Part shown: positions 1 through 9,330 of the stretch, piece by piece
Layout: each line of letters starts with the position of its first letter
Position numbering within the stretch: the stretch's first letter is position 1
Source: an uncultured Clostridia bacterium
GTDB lineage: Bacteria; Bacillota; Clostridia; Oscillospirales; QAKW01
Length of the DNA stretch: 64,000 nt
Direction of reading: 5' to 3'
Assembly (NCBI GenBank): GCA_944387895.1
Contig: CALXGQ010000009.1
Location: forward strand, 16,329-80,328
Translations under genes and position numbers: made by a program
The notes under the pieces: generated by a model
Database searches by the model: none
Told to the model about the DNA's origin: nothing
The model's input: the letters and a program-made list of their open reading frames with translations, nothing else

Positions 1-1002
1 GATCCCGTTGCCGCCATTCAGGAATTGGGCGAAATCGCCCAGCTTTCCTTCTCCATCGTTTCAGAGGCGGAAAGCACCGATGAAGGCGCCATTGATCTGA
101 CCATCGACGGCGTGACCGCAGGCTACTATACGATCGACGAAACCTTTATGGACGGCTCCATGGTTTCCGAAGCCACCGCCGGATATTTAGACGGTGAATA
201 CGGCGTCAGCCTGGAGTTTACCAGCGAGGGCACTACCGTTTTCGGTGAAACGACGACCAATCATGTCGGCGATTTGATCGGTATCATGATGGACGATACG
301 CTGATCAGCGTTGCTACCATCAACGAAGCCATCACCGGCGGTTCCGGCTATATCAGCGGATCCTTTACCGCTGAGGAAGCCAGAAGCCTTGCGGCAAAAA
401 TCAATTCCGGCGCGCTCCCCTTTGCCATGGAATCCACCAACTATTCGTCGGTGAGCGCAACGATGGGCGCCCATTCCCTGAACGTGATGATGCTTGCCGG
501 GCTGATTGCTCTGCTGATCATCATCATCTTTATGTGTTCCTATTATCGGGCGCCGGGACTTGTCGCCTCGATCATCCTGCTTCTGCAGACAGCCGGGCAG
601 CTTCTGATCTTCCACACCCTGAACCTGACCCTGACCCTCCCCGGTATCGCGGGTATTATTCTTTCCATCGGTATGGGCGTGGATTCCAACATTATCATAT
701 CTGAACGGATCAAGGAAGAGGTCAACGCCGGGAAAACGCTCAAAGGCGCGATCTCCGCGGGCTACAGCCGTGCTCTCAGCGCCGTTGTCGACTGTAATGT
801 AACTACGCTGGCAACCGCCATCCTGATGAGAATTTTCGGAACCGGTTCCATCCTTTCCTTCTCCTATACGCTGATTATCGGTATTGTCATGAACTTCATT
901 TCCATTGTGTTGAGCAAGATCATGATCCAGTCCCTTTCCTGCTACAAGGTTTTTGGCAATTTGAAATTATACGGATATAAAGCCAAAAAGGAGGTTGAGT
1001 AA
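1..1002 (+). CDS. secD: Protein translocase subunit SecD (5' end truncated by window edge)
   Basis: Frame 1 is open from nt 1, upstream of the ORF-track Met at 25. It has the C-terminal multi-TM SecD/SecF domain (GMGVDSNIIISERIKEE) and secF follows 2 nt later. Confidence 0.9.
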   Translation, partial: DPVAAIQELGEIAQLSFSIVSEAESTDEGAIDLTIDGVTAGYYTIDETFMDGSMVSEATAGYLDGEYGVSLEFTSEGTTVFGETTTNHVGDLIGIMMDDTLISVATINEAITGGSGYISGSFTAEEARSLAAKINSGALPFAMESTNYSSVSATMGAHSLNVMMLAGLIALLIIIIFMCSYYRAPGLVASIILLLQTAGQLLIFHTLNLTLTLPGIAGIILSIGMGVDSNIIISERIKEEVNAGKTLKGAISAGYSRALSAVVDCNVTTLATAILMRIFGTGSILSFSYTLIIGIVMNFISIVLSKIMIQSLSCYKVFGNLKLYGYKAKKEVE

Positions 1003-1004
1003 TC

Positions 1005-1928
1005 ATGAATAGAACCATATATAATATTTATGGAAAGAGAAAAGTTTATTACGTGATCTCCATTCTTTTGATGCTGGCAGGAATTGCAGGGTTGTTTCTG
1101 AGAGGCCTGAATCTGGACATCACCTTCAGCGGCGGCGCGAAAATCACCTACAGCTATACCGGCGACGAGATTTCCGCCACCGAGGTAGAGGCTCTTGTCA
1201 GCAGCACGCTGGACCGCACCGCCACCGTACAGAATGCAACCGGATATGAGGATGAAAGCCTTTCTCTGGTCATCAGCCTCGGCGGCACCGAAAGCCTCAC
1301 CACCGAAGAGCAGGACGCTCTGTATAGTGCTCTTTCGGAAAAATATGCCGATAGCGCGATCGAGCAGGGCTCAACAACAAACGTGGAGCCTGCTATCGGC
1401 CTCCGTTTCCTGCGGAACGGCTTGATCGCCATCGGTCTGGCGGCTGTTTTCATCATCATCTACGTCACCTGGCGCTTTTCCGTTATTTCCGGCTTCACCG
1501 CCGCGCTGATCGCTCTTGTGGCGCTTGTTCACGATATTCTTATTGTATTTTTCACCTTTGTTCTGTTCGGGATCCCCATCAACGACGGATTTATCGCCGT
1601 GGTTCTCACGATTCTCGGCTACTCCATCAATGATACGCTGGTCGTCTTTGACCGGATCCGTGAAAACAAGAATCTTTCCGGCAACAAGATTTCCACCGTG
1701 GAGCTGGTCGATAAGAGCGTCAGCCAGTCCCTCACCCGGACGGTCAACACCTCTTTGATGTCGCTGGCCGCCATTGCTCTGGTTCTGATCTTCGGCTGGA
1801 TCAAGGGGCTCACCTCCATTGTGAATTTCGCCCTTCCCATGATGATCGGTATCATCTCCGGATGTTATTCCTCCTCTCTGCTGGCGCCCTGCCTGTGGTG
1901 CTCCATCAAGAAAAGGAAAAGCAACTAA
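1005..1928 (+). CDS. secF: Protein translocase subunit SecF
   Basis: 307 aa with SecF-like topology and motifs (GYSINDTLVVFDRIREN). A GGAGG RBS lies upstream and it sits directly after secD. Confidence 0.9.
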   Translation: MNRTIYNIYGKRKVYYVISILLMLAGIAGLFLRGLNLDITFSGGAKITYSYTGDEISATEVEALVSSTLDRTATVQNATGYEDESLSLVISLGGTESLTTEEQDALYSALSEKYADSAIEQGSTTNVEPAIGLRFLRNGLIAIGLAAVFIIIYVTWRFSVISGFTAALIALVALVHDILIVFFTFVLFGIPINDGFIAVVLTILGYSINDTLVVFDRIRENKNLSGNKISTVELVDKSVSQSLTRTVNTSLMSLAAIALVLIFGWIKGLTSIVNFALPMMIGIISGCYSSSLLAPCLWCSIKKRKSN

Positions 1929-1932
1929 AAAA

Positions 1933-1993
1933 AGAAGGATCTTCCCTGGAAGATCCTTCTTTTTTAAAACCCCGGCTCATGGCCGGGGTTTTT
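1933..1993. terminator. Two back-to-back intrinsic terminator hairpins between convergent secF and asp23
   Basis: A 13-bp stem (agaaggatcttcc/ggaagatccttct, 1933-1960) plus a T-run serves secF. A ccccggc/gccgggg stem (1970-1988) is flanked by A- and T-runs and is usable by the minus-strand asp23. Confidence 0.7.
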
Positions 1994-2000
1994 GTGCAAT

Positions 2001-2363
2001 TTATTTTTCGCCGTCTGTGATCTGGATATTGACGACATTGACGTTGACAGCGCTGACCTGATAATTGGTCATATCATGAACCGCGCTTAAAATAGCGTCC
2101 TGAACCTTGACTGCAACGTCCTGAACATTGCATCTGTATTTGACAATGATGCTGGCCGTTATGCTCAGCCCGCCTTCTGCCATTTCGAGGGAAATCCCTT
2201 TTCCGGCATATTTTTTGGTCAGAAGATCCTTCAGATTTCCACCCAAAGACGCCGCCAGCCCCACGACGCCCTCGACCTCGTTCGCGGCAACGCTTGCAAT
2301 GGTGCACAAAACTTCTTCAGAAATTTCAACTGTGCCTAATTCGTTGGAAAAATCCATGGCCAT
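2001..2363 (-). CDS. Asp23/Gls24 family alkaline-shock/envelope stress protein
   Basis: 120 aa. The N-terminal 'GTVEISEEVLCTIASVAANEVEGVVGL' is typical of the Asp23 family. An RBS (aaaggagag) is present. Confidence 0.85.
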   Translation of the reverse strand: MAMDFSNELGTVEISEEVLCTIASVAANEVEGVVGLAASLGGNLKDLLTKKYAGKGISLEMAEGGLSITASIIVKYRCNVQDVAVKVQDAILSAVHDMTNYQVSAVNVNVVNIQITDGEK

Positions 2364-2390
2364 CTCTCCTTTGAAATACTCTATGGTAGT

Positions 2391-2420
2391 ATTATATCAC
2401 AAAGGATCCTGCAATTGCAA
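2391..2420 (-). promoter_or_regulatory. SigA-type promoter for asp23 (TTGCAA-18-TATAAT)
   Basis: Read on the minus strand, the -35 TTGCAA is at 2420-2415 and the -10 TATAAT at 2396-2391, about 28 nt upstream of the start codon. Confidence 0.5.
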
Positions 2421-2433
2421 GTTTTTTCTGCTT

Positions 2434-3000
2434 TTAGCCGGTTTTGATCTCTACGATCTTAACGGCAGAAGCTTCGCGGCCGGATTCGGAAATAACGATC
2501 TCGTTGATCTGGGCCGCCTGCTCGGCAGTCAGGCCGGAAGTCGCTACCACCACGTTGACTGCGCCTTCGCTGATATAGACCATGCAATCGGAAAACCCTT
2601 TTGCCTTGATCAGGCTTTCGATGGTGCCCTCGATGTCCGTCGCCTTGGCCAACTCGATCATATCGTTATTGGCTTTTTCCTTCGCTTCTGTGCCGGAATC
2701 TTCGCTGTTTGCCACCGATTTCAAAAGCTCCAGCGCTTCATCGCGATCCTGCTGCTTATTCAGGCGGCATTCCGTGAAATAGGCTGTTACGTCCTTTGCC
2801 TCTGTTTCCACCAGCTGCGCCTGACCCAGCGTTTTTTCCTCTTCTCCCGATTCCTCGTTATCGGTATTTCCCGTTTCTACCGAAACCATCCCGTCTCCGG
2901 TCAGATCGACCTGATCCAGAAAGCGCCAGTTCAAATACACCGCTACGCAAACCACCAGCGCCAGCGTTAAAAATACGATTTGTCTTTTGTTGATTTTCAT
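2434..3000 (-). CDS. spoIIIAH: Stage III sporulation protein AH
   Basis: Last gene of the 8-gene spoIIIA array. It has an N-terminal TM anchor (MKINKRQIVFLTLALVV) and a YscJ/FliF-like soluble domain. The ATG at 3000 is preferred, with an alternative GTG at 3012. Confidence 0.8.
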   Translation of the reverse strand: MKINKRQIVFLTLALVVCVAVYLNWRFLDQVDLTGDGMVSVETGNTDNEESGEEEKTLGQAQLVETEAKDVTAYFTECRLNKQQDRDEALELLKSVANSEDSGTEAKEKANNDMIELAKATDIEGTIESLIKAKGFSDCMVYISEGAVNVVVATSGLTAEQAAQINEIVISESGREASAVKIVEIKTG

Positions 3001-3004
3001 TTCA

Positions 3005-3472
3005 TCACCCACTCATTGAAATAACACAAATTTTATTGCTTCCGATTCCCAGCACCGTGCTGACCGATTCAATGATATCATTCCGAACCGAAGCACTTCC
3101 CGCATTTTTACACGCAACGGTCACGCCGGCAATTTCAGGCGCACTCTCCCTGGAAACAACGGCCGACTCGTTCCCCTCTTTATCGGTAATCACCAAAACT
3201 TCCCCATCCTGACGGACGTATTCCTTTTTGCCGGAGGACGCCAGCGTGATCGTCACCCGGCACTCCCCCACTCCGTCGACGCCTTTCAGCATCTCCGCAA
3301 CGCGGTTTTCCGTTTCGGCAATATACTGACTGTCTGTTTCCGTAGCGGATACCGGAACCGCATCGGAGGATAGGTTCTGACGGCTCATCATAACCGCTCC
3401 CAGTAAAATCAGAACCGGAACAATCCAGTATTTTTTTACTTCCGGAATTATCCTGCTGATCCAATCATTCAT
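3005..3472 (-). CDS. spoIIIAG: Stage III sporulation protein AG
   Basis: 155 aa with an N-terminal TM helix and a soluble ring-forming-type domain. Its position matches spoIIIAG. Confidence 0.8.
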   Translation of the reverse strand: MNDWISRIIPEVKKYWIVPVLILLGAVMMSRQNLSSDAVPVSATETDSQYIAETENRVAEMLKGVDGVGECRVTITLASSGKKEYVRQDGEVLVITDKEGNESAVVSRESAPEIAGVTVACKNAGSASVRNDIIESVSTVLGIGSNKICVISMSG

Positions 3473-3911
3473 TCTTCACCTCAATACACGTTTCGTCGAT
3501 CTGATAGCGCCCGGCCAGAAGAGAGCGGGCAGTTTGCGCGTCCGTCCCCGAAAGGATAACGGATTGAATCTCAAAGGATTCCTGATTTCCCTCAACAACA
3601 ACCTCCATCACCTCCGCGTTCAGCCCTTCCTGTTGCAAATAACCTTCAAATTCCCGGAGCAACCCCTCCGCCACCAGATCGGCCGCCCTGGTCCATACTT
3701 CATCGCTATGCGTATAGGATTGATCAAAAAGCGTTTTCAGGGATTGCAGATCAAAATGGCGGAATCCATTGATGATCGAAAGCAGAATAAAAACCGATAT
3801 GACAGCCTTCATCAAATAGTTGAGTTTTCCCCGCGGAACCGCCTGCTTCAGGTAGGTCATCAGCAGCATCAGAATACATAGGATCAGTCCTGCGCTTTTA
3901 ATGTCGTCCAT
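3465..3911 (-). CDS. spoIIIAF: Stage III sporulation protein AF
   Basis: 148 aa with two N-terminal TM helices. Position and size match spoIIIAF. Confidence 0.75.
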   Translation of the reverse strand: MDDIKSAGLILCILMLLMTYLKQAVPRGKLNYLMKAVISVFILLSIINGFRHFDLQSLKTLFDQSYTHSDEVWTRAADLVAEGLLREFEGYLQQEGLNAEVMEVVVEGNQESFEIQSVILSGTDAQTARSLLAGRYQIDETCIEVKNE

Positions 3912-3912
3912 A

Positions 3913-5007
3913 TTATCCCACCTGCGTCATAACGCCGAAAAAGGAAAAAACTCCCATCAAAGCCACGCAGCCGCCCAACGCCAGCATCAGATAAAAACTG
4001 TTTGCCAGCACGTCGGCCACGGAGCGAAGGGTGGCGTCGTTGAAAAAATCGGCAATCCAGCGGCAGAAACTCCATGAAAGGCCATGAACGCCGATCTGGA
4101 TCAAAACCGGCAGCATCACCGAAAGTACGATCAGAATACCGGCGATCAGAAAGGACGTCTTGACGCCGGTAGCAATGGTGAAAAGACCGTCCACGCCTTC
4201 CGAAAGCGTGTTCCCGACGATCGGGATCAGCCCGCCCACCGCCGAACGAATGTATTTTTTTGTCAGTTGATCTCCGGCTGCGGCGGCGCCGGCCTGCAGC
4301 TTCAAAACAAAGCGAAAGGCAACAGTCAGAAGACCGATCGCCCAAACAATAAAACGGCGGATATTTTTCCCGATGGCCGCGAAATTATATTCGTCGCTGA
4401 CCGCCGAGCAGATCCCGACCGCCAGATATACATCGGTCAGCGGAAGCAGAAGATTTTGCGAAATCAGCGCTCCCACTTCCCCCAAAAGAACCATCGCCGC
4501 AGAAAATACAGCGGCGCTGCCGCCCTCTCCCGCCGCGATCATCACGACCGTAAAGGAGGGGATGCAGGCTGCGGTGAATACATTCATATCCTCGATCGCC
4601 TTTTGCAGGGCGGATGCGCAGCTATGCAGGCTGCTCTGGCACATGAGCGCCACCGAAAGAGAAACCATGAAGGTGAAAAGCATCTGTAGCTGCTGGCTTT
4701 GGATATTACTGCCGCATCGGCCGACAAAAACCGAAAGCAAAACCAGAGCAAGGCTTTTGCTCAGCATCTCCAATGCCGTGCCAAAAGCATTTGAAAACTG
4801 CTCCAAGAGGTAGTTGAAAATATTTTCAAACTGCAAATCCTCCATCACAGATTCCGGATTGTTCAAATCGGTATCGTCCGAAAGAAGCGAATCCTCAGGA
4901 TCGACAGAATGGCGGAAATCATCGGAATATGTACCTTCTCCCCATACAGTCGGTGTAAAAATGAGTAAAAATATGCAAAAAACAGCAGCGCATAATATTT
5001 TTTTCAT
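3913..5007 (-). CDS. spoIIIAE: Stage III sporulation protein AE
   Basis: 364 aa with a signal-like N-terminus and a polytopic membrane domain. It is the largest membrane subunit of the operon, at the expected position. Confidence 0.85.
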   Translation of the reverse strand: MKKILCAAVFCIFLLIFTPTVWGEGTYSDDFRHSVDPEDSLLSDDTDLNNPESVMEDLQFENIFNYLLEQFSNAFGTALEMLSKSLALVLLSVFVGRCGSNIQSQQLQMLFTFMVSLSVALMCQSSLHSCASALQKAIEDMNVFTAACIPSFTVVMIAAGEGGSAAVFSAAMVLLGEVGALISQNLLLPLTDVYLAVGICSAVSDEYNFAAIGKNIRRFIVWAIGLLTVAFRFVLKLQAGAAAAGDQLTKKYIRSAVGGLIPIVGNTLSEGVDGLFTIATGVKTSFLIAGILIVLSVMLPVLIQIGVHGLSWSFCRWIADFFNDATLRSVADVLANSFYLMLALGGCVALMGVFSFFGVMTQVG

Positions 5008-5390
5008 TCCAGCAGCCCCACAATGACGTCCAAAAAATCTTCAAACAACGGAATGGCCAGCACCAGAAGGGTGCATCGGCAGGCCAGCTCCACCTTATCG
5101 GCCCAGCCGCTTTGCCCGCAATCCCGGCACGCGCTTACGGTAAATTCCCCCAGATAACAAACGGCAAGGCCTTTTAAAACGACACGAAAATACGTATTGT
5201 TGATCCCCGCGCTGTCCGAAAGATGCTGGATAAAATCCAGAACAGAAGAAAGCTTTGTGCAAACGTAGAAAAGGATCAGTGCCGCGCCGGCAATGGTGGC
5301 AAAAACAGCGAATTTCTCATTGAAATTTTTCAGCAGAAGGAAGGCGATCAGGCAGGCGATTACGGCGGCCAGTAACTGATAGATGCTCAT
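5004..5390 (-). CDS. spoIIIAD: Stage III sporulation protein AD
   Basis: 128-aa, 4-TM protein. It overlaps both neighbours by 4 nt and sits at the expected position. Confidence 0.85.
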   Translation of the reverse strand: MSIYQLLAAVIACLIAFLLLKNFNEKFAVFATIAGAALILFYVCTKLSSVLDFIQHLSDSAGINNTYFRVVLKGLAVCYLGEFTVSACRDCGQSGWADKVELACRCTLLVLAIPLFEDFLDVIVGLLE

Positions 5391-5584
5391 TGCAGCTCAA
5401 ATACGCTGTGTATCGTTGAAAAAAGTGCGCTGATTTCGCTCAGCAATACAAGCAGCACGATAATAACGCCCGCCAGCGTTGTCAGCGTTGCGTATTCTTC
5501 GCGGCCGAGCTTTGAAAGGATCATATTGACTGCGGCGACCAGGATCCCGACTGCCGCTATTTTAAAAATCAATTCTACTTCCAT
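5387..5584 (-). CDS. spoIIIAC: Stage III sporulation protein AC
   Basis: 65-aa, 2-TM protein. Size and position are typical for spoIIIAC. Confidence 0.85.
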   Translation of the reverse strand: MEVELIFKIAAVGILVAAVNMILSKLGREEYATLTTLAGVIIVLLVLLSEISALFSTIHSVFELQ

Positions 5585-5585
5585 G

Positions 5586-6026
5586 TCAATACAGCAGCAC
5601 CGCTATCAGCAGCCCGATTGCCGCAGTCAGCAACGGGAGTGCCTTCTTCTGTGATGCATGATCCTCCTCTAATTTTGATGCGGCGCTTTCCAGCCAGTGG
5701 AGAAATTCACCGCTTATTTCCAGAGATTCCTGAAAGGAGGCGTTGTTTTGCAGCTGGTTTACTGCGGAATTGAGGCGAAGCTGCTCCTCCTTCCGCAGAT
5801 CCTTGATCGGAGCGCCCTCCAGGATCGCCTCGGCAATCCCGCCCTTGCCCTTCAAGGACTCCGAAAGAGAGCGCCGGTAGCGGCGCAAATCGCTGTCGTA
5901 TTCTTTAAAAAGCGTTTCGACCGCCCTGAGCGCCTTCAGCCTTCCGGCTTCCTGGGCAACGCGGATCCTCCCAATCAAATATCCGCCGCTAACAATCAGA
6001 ACTGCTCCAAAAATCTTCATCATCAT
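5586..6026 (-). CDS. spoIIIAB: Stage III sporulation protein AB
   Basis: 146 aa with an N-terminal TM helix, a helical soluble domain and a C-terminal TM helix. It overlaps the end of spoIIIAA. Confidence 0.75.
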   Translation of the reverse strand: MMMKIFGAVLIVSGGYLIGRIRVAQEAGRLKALRAVETLFKEYDSDLRRYRRSLSESLKGKGGIAEAILEGAPIKDLRKEEQLRLNSAVNQLQNNASFQESLEISGEFLHWLESAASKLEEDHASQKKALPLLTAAIGLLIAVLLY

Positions 6027-6930
6027 AATGGTTCACCGTCATGACCTTCCTGATTTTTCCCGGAGATTTGGCGCCCTTGAGCATTACCACCTTGGAGATG
6101 GCGCCGGCGTCAGTCAAACGCCTGATCTGGGGTCTGTTGAACAGCTCTTCCTCGTCCCGGGCGTGGGCCGTTACCAGAACCGGTACGCCGGCGTTCATGG
6201 CCTCCAGCATCCGCTCGGTTTCCTCCTCTGTGCCGATTTCATCGCAGACCAGAACCTGCGGCGAAAGGGTGCGCAGGGCGATCATCATCCCATAGGGCTT
6301 TGGATACCCGTCCAGAACGTCGGCAAGGGCGCCCAGATCCTTCTGCGGGACGCCGCTGTAAACCGCCGCGATCTCTCCCCGTTCGTCTACAACCGCCGAA
6401 CGGTATCCTTTTTCCGAAAGAACGCGTACCAGATCGGTCAGAAGCGTTGTTTTGCCGCCGCAAGGCTCCGATACGATCAGGGTCGAACAAAACCGGTCGT
6501 CGCACAAAAGCTTGGGAAACAGCGCTTCCGCAATGCCGCGAATGTCGCGGCAGACGCGCAGATTGACGGAGGACACGTTCCGAACCCGCACCAGCCCCTG
6601 TTCGTCTCGGACAAAAGTTCCGCAAATACCGGCGCGGTGTCCGCCGGGCAGCGGGATATACCCGTTTTCGATCTGGTTTTCAAATTGATAAGCTGCGCCG
6701 CGGCAGATCGCCTCCATCAATTCCTCCAAATCAGCGGAGGTCGCCTGGATCCCCTCGACAATATAGTTTTTCTCACCGCAGGTCAGCGTACAGCCCTGAC
6801 CGGCGCGAAAACGAAGTTCTGTGGCGTTTTTTAGGAGTTCTCCGGGTTTCTTCAGGATCAGCCCGCGCCATTCCTCTTTTATGTATGGAAAAAGCTGACG
6901 CACTCCCTTTTGACCTTCCCTGCTGTTCAT
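5989..6930 (-). CDS. spoIIIAA: Stage III sporulation protein AA (secretion-type ATPase)
   Basis: 313 aa with a Walker A-like EPCGGKTTLL. It is the first gene of the operon. Confidence 0.85.
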   Translation of the reverse strand: MNSREGQKGVRQLFPYIKEEWRGLILKKPGELLKNATELRFRAGQGCTLTCGEKNYIVEGIQATSADLEELMEAICRGAAYQFENQIENGYIPLPGGHRAGICGTFVRDEQGLVRVRNVSSVNLRVCRDIRGIAEALFPKLLCDDRFCSTLIVSEPCGGKTTLLTDLVRVLSEKGYRSAVVDERGEIAAVYSGVPQKDLGALADVLDGYPKPYGMMIALRTLSPQVLVCDEIGTEEETERMLEAMNAGVPVLVTAHARDEEELFNRPQIRRLTDAGAISKVVMLKGAKSPGKIRKVMTVNHYDDEDFWSSSDC

Positions 6931-7073
6931 CAGTAGTTGTCCCTCCCTTTGGTTAAAGTTTATGGACGTCGTTCCCTAAATAGAACCGCCTCAAAAAAAC
7001 TGCAAAAAAATTATATTCCCGGGAAAAAAACGGATGTTATGGATATACTACCTAAAAAAGGGAGGTTTCATCT

Positions 7074-8348
7074 ATGAAAAACACCAACATCAGCCAGATT
7101 TATGCACGGCAGATACTGGATTCCCGCGGCAATCCGACGGTAGAAGCACAGATTCTGCTGGAAAACGGCGTAACGGCGTCGGCAGCGGTACCGAGCGGAG
7201 CTTCTACCGGCCGTTATGAGGCGCTGGAGCTGCGGGACGAAGCAGATATCTACGAAGGAAAAAGCGTATTCAACGCAGTCGCACATATCACCCGCGATAT
7301 CAATGAAGCGCTGAGCGGCCAGGATATCTTTGATCAAATCGCCATCGATCGGAAAATGCTGGAGGTCGATGGAACGGAAAATAAATCAAATCTGGGCGCA
7401 AATGCCATTCTGGCCGTTTCGCTGGCGGCCGCGCGTACTGCGGCGATGGCCTGTGGGATGCCGCTTTACCGCTACCTCGGTGGAATTGCCGCAACGACCC
7501 TGCCTGTTCCGATGCTGAATGTTTTGAACGGCGGCGCACACGCCAACAATAATGTTGAAATCCAGGAATTTATGATTGTTCCCATCGGCGCGCCCACCTT
7601 TACCAAAGCCATGGAAATGAGCACCCGGGTTTACCACAGCCTGGGGCATATTCTCAAAGAGGCCGGTCTGGGGACGGCGGTAGGCGACGAAGGCGGCTTC
7701 GCGCCCAATCTGGAAAACGACGAACAGGCGCTGCAACTGATCCTGCGCGCCGTTGAACGCGCCGGATTGAAGCCGGAACGGGATATCGCAATCGCGCTGG
7801 ACGCAGCGGCAAGCGAATGGAAAACGCCGGAAGGAACCTATCGCCAGCCCAAAACCGGCTCCTGCTTCACCAGCGAAGAGCTTATGGACTATTTCGACGG
7901 TCTGATCCGCAAATATCCCATTATTTCTCTGGAAGATCCGCTGGGGGAAGATGATTTTGCCGGATTTGCCGAAATCCGCACCGAAACGGGGATCCAGATC
8001 GTTGGAGACGATCTTTTCGTCACCAATACCAAAAGACTGGATGAAGGGATCTCCATGCGAAGCGGAAACGCCATCCTGATCAAATTGAATCAGATCGGGA
8101 CGTTGAGCGAAACGCTGGAAACCATCCGTCTGGCAAAAAACAACGGTTATAAAACCATCATTTCGCACCGCAGCGGAGAAACCGGCGATCCCTTTATCGC
8201 CGATCTGGCCGTTGCCGTCAATGCCGGACAAATAAAAACAGGCGCTCCTGCCAGAAGCGAGCGCGTATGCAAATATAACCGTCTGCTGGGGATCGAATCG
8301 GTTCTGGGGGTCCACAGCTATTTCCCCGGTTATTCCGCCTTTATCTGA
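7074..8348 (+). CDS. eno: Enolase (phosphopyruvate hydratase)
   Basis: 424 aa with unmistakable enolase sequence (ARQILDSRGNPTVE ... SHRSGETGD). A GGGAGG RBS is present. Confidence 0.97.
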   Translation: MKNTNISQIYARQILDSRGNPTVEAQILLENGVTASAAVPSGASTGRYEALELRDEADIYEGKSVFNAVAHITRDINEALSGQDIFDQIAIDRKMLEVDGTENKSNLGANAILAVSLAAARTAAMACGMPLYRYLGGIAATTLPVPMLNVLNGGAHANNNVEIQEFMIVPIGAPTFTKAMEMSTRVYHSLGHILKEAGLGTAVGDEGGFAPNLENDEQALQLILRAVERAGLKPERDIAIALDAAASEWKTPEGTYRQPKTGSCFTSEELMDYFDGLIRKYPIISLEDPLGEDDFAGFAEIRTETGIQIVGDDLFVTNTKRLDEGISMRSGNAILIKLNQIGTLSETLETIRLAKNNGYKTIISHRSGETGDPFIADLAVAVNAGQIKTGAPARSERVCKYNRLLGIESVLGVHSYFPGYSAFI

Positions 8349-8349
8349 T

Positions 8350-9279
8350 ATGGATATCAAAAAAATCGGCATCATCGGCTGCGGATTTGTCGGTTCCAGC
8401 ATTGCCTTTGATCTGGCGTCCGGAGAGCTTTTTTCCGAAATGGTACTGTTGGACATCAATCAAAAACGCGCCGAAGGAGAGGCCATGGATTTGAGCCATG
8501 CTCTTCCCTTCTCCAGCCCCATGCGGATCTACCACGGCGATTATAAGGATCTGGCCGGATGCGGAATCATCATCATTGCAGCCGGGGCTAATCAAAAACC
8601 CGGCGAAACAAGACCGCAGCTTCTGGGGCGCAATAAACGGATCATCATCGACGTGGTCAATCAGATCCTGCCCTACAACCGTTCCTGTATTCTGATCGTT
8701 GTTTCCAATCCGGTGGACGTGTTGGCGCAGGTGGCCTATAAAGCCTCCGGATTTCCGCCCGGCCGGGTCATCGGCTCCGGAACGGTTCTGGATACCGCGC
8801 GTCTGAAATACCTGCTCGGTGAATATCTGGCGGTGGATTCCCGGAATATCCACGCCTTTATCATCGGGGAACACGGCGATGAGGAATTTGCCGTATGGAG
8901 CAGCGCCAATATCTCCGGAATCGATCTGGATGATTTCTGCGCCCTGAAAAAGAACTGCAACCTTGAAGCGCTCAAGCAGGATATTCATGAACAGGTCGTC
9001 AAAAGCGCCTATCGCATCATTGAAAATAAGGGCGCAACTTATTATGGAATCGCAAAAGCCGTCGGCAGGATCGTGGAATGTATCGTCAAGGATCAGAACT
9101 CCATTCTGCCGATCTCCGTTCTGGTAGACGGGCATTATGGACTCCATGACATTTATATGAGCCTTCCTGCCGTTCTCGGCCGCAACGGCGTTGAAGAGAT
9201 TCTGGACTTTGCCCTCAACGAAGCCGAACAGGTTCGGCTGAAAAATGCAGCGCAGCACCTTCGGGAATTAAGCCAATAA
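8350..9279 (+). CDS. ldh: L-lactate dehydrogenase
   Basis: 309 aa with a Rossmann GxGxxG (IGCGFVGSS) and LDH motifs (GEHGD, VSNPVDV). It starts 1 nt after the eno stop. Confidence 0.93.
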   Translation: MDIKKIGIIGCGFVGSSIAFDLASGELFSEMVLLDINQKRAEGEAMDLSHALPFSSPMRIYHGDYKDLAGCGIIIIAAGANQKPGETRPQLLGRNKRIIIDVVNQILPYNRSCILIVVSNPVDVLAQVAYKASGFPPGRVIGSGTVLDTARLKYLLGEYLAVDSRNIHAFIIGEHGDEEFAVWSSANISGIDLDDFCALKKNCNLEALKQDIHEQVVKSAYRIIENKGATYYGIAKAVGRIVECIVKDQNSILPISVLVDGHYGLHDIYMSLPAVLGRNGVEEILDFALNEAEQVRLKNAAQHLRELSQ

Positions 9280-9311
9280 AAAATGCTCCGGATTGAGTCC
9301 GGAGCATTTTT
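9278..9311. terminator. Bidirectional intrinsic terminator between convergent ldh and the ctpA-like gene
   Basis: A 10-bp stem (atgctccgga/tccggagcat) is flanked by an A-run and a T-run. Confidence 0.75.
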
Positions 9312-9330
9312 CATGCTTGCTTTAAAACGG

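Noticed and set aside
7386-8459. Long antisense ORFs opposite well-identified genes. Examples: 7386-8459 (opposite eno), 8341-9258 (ldh), 9283-10299 (ctpA-like), 17743-19266 (EF-G paralog), 20435-21499 and 22810-24309 (ATPase-like genes), 49052-50200 (topA), 50130-51050 (trmFO), 53390-54373 (radical SAM), 61635-62822 (pfkA).
   Set aside because: Each lies fully inside a gene with a clear, motif-rich protein on the other strand. Their translations are low-complexity (R/G/P/H-rich) with no recognisable motifs and no RBS. Open antisense frames like these are expected from the codon bias of moderately GC-rich coding DNA.
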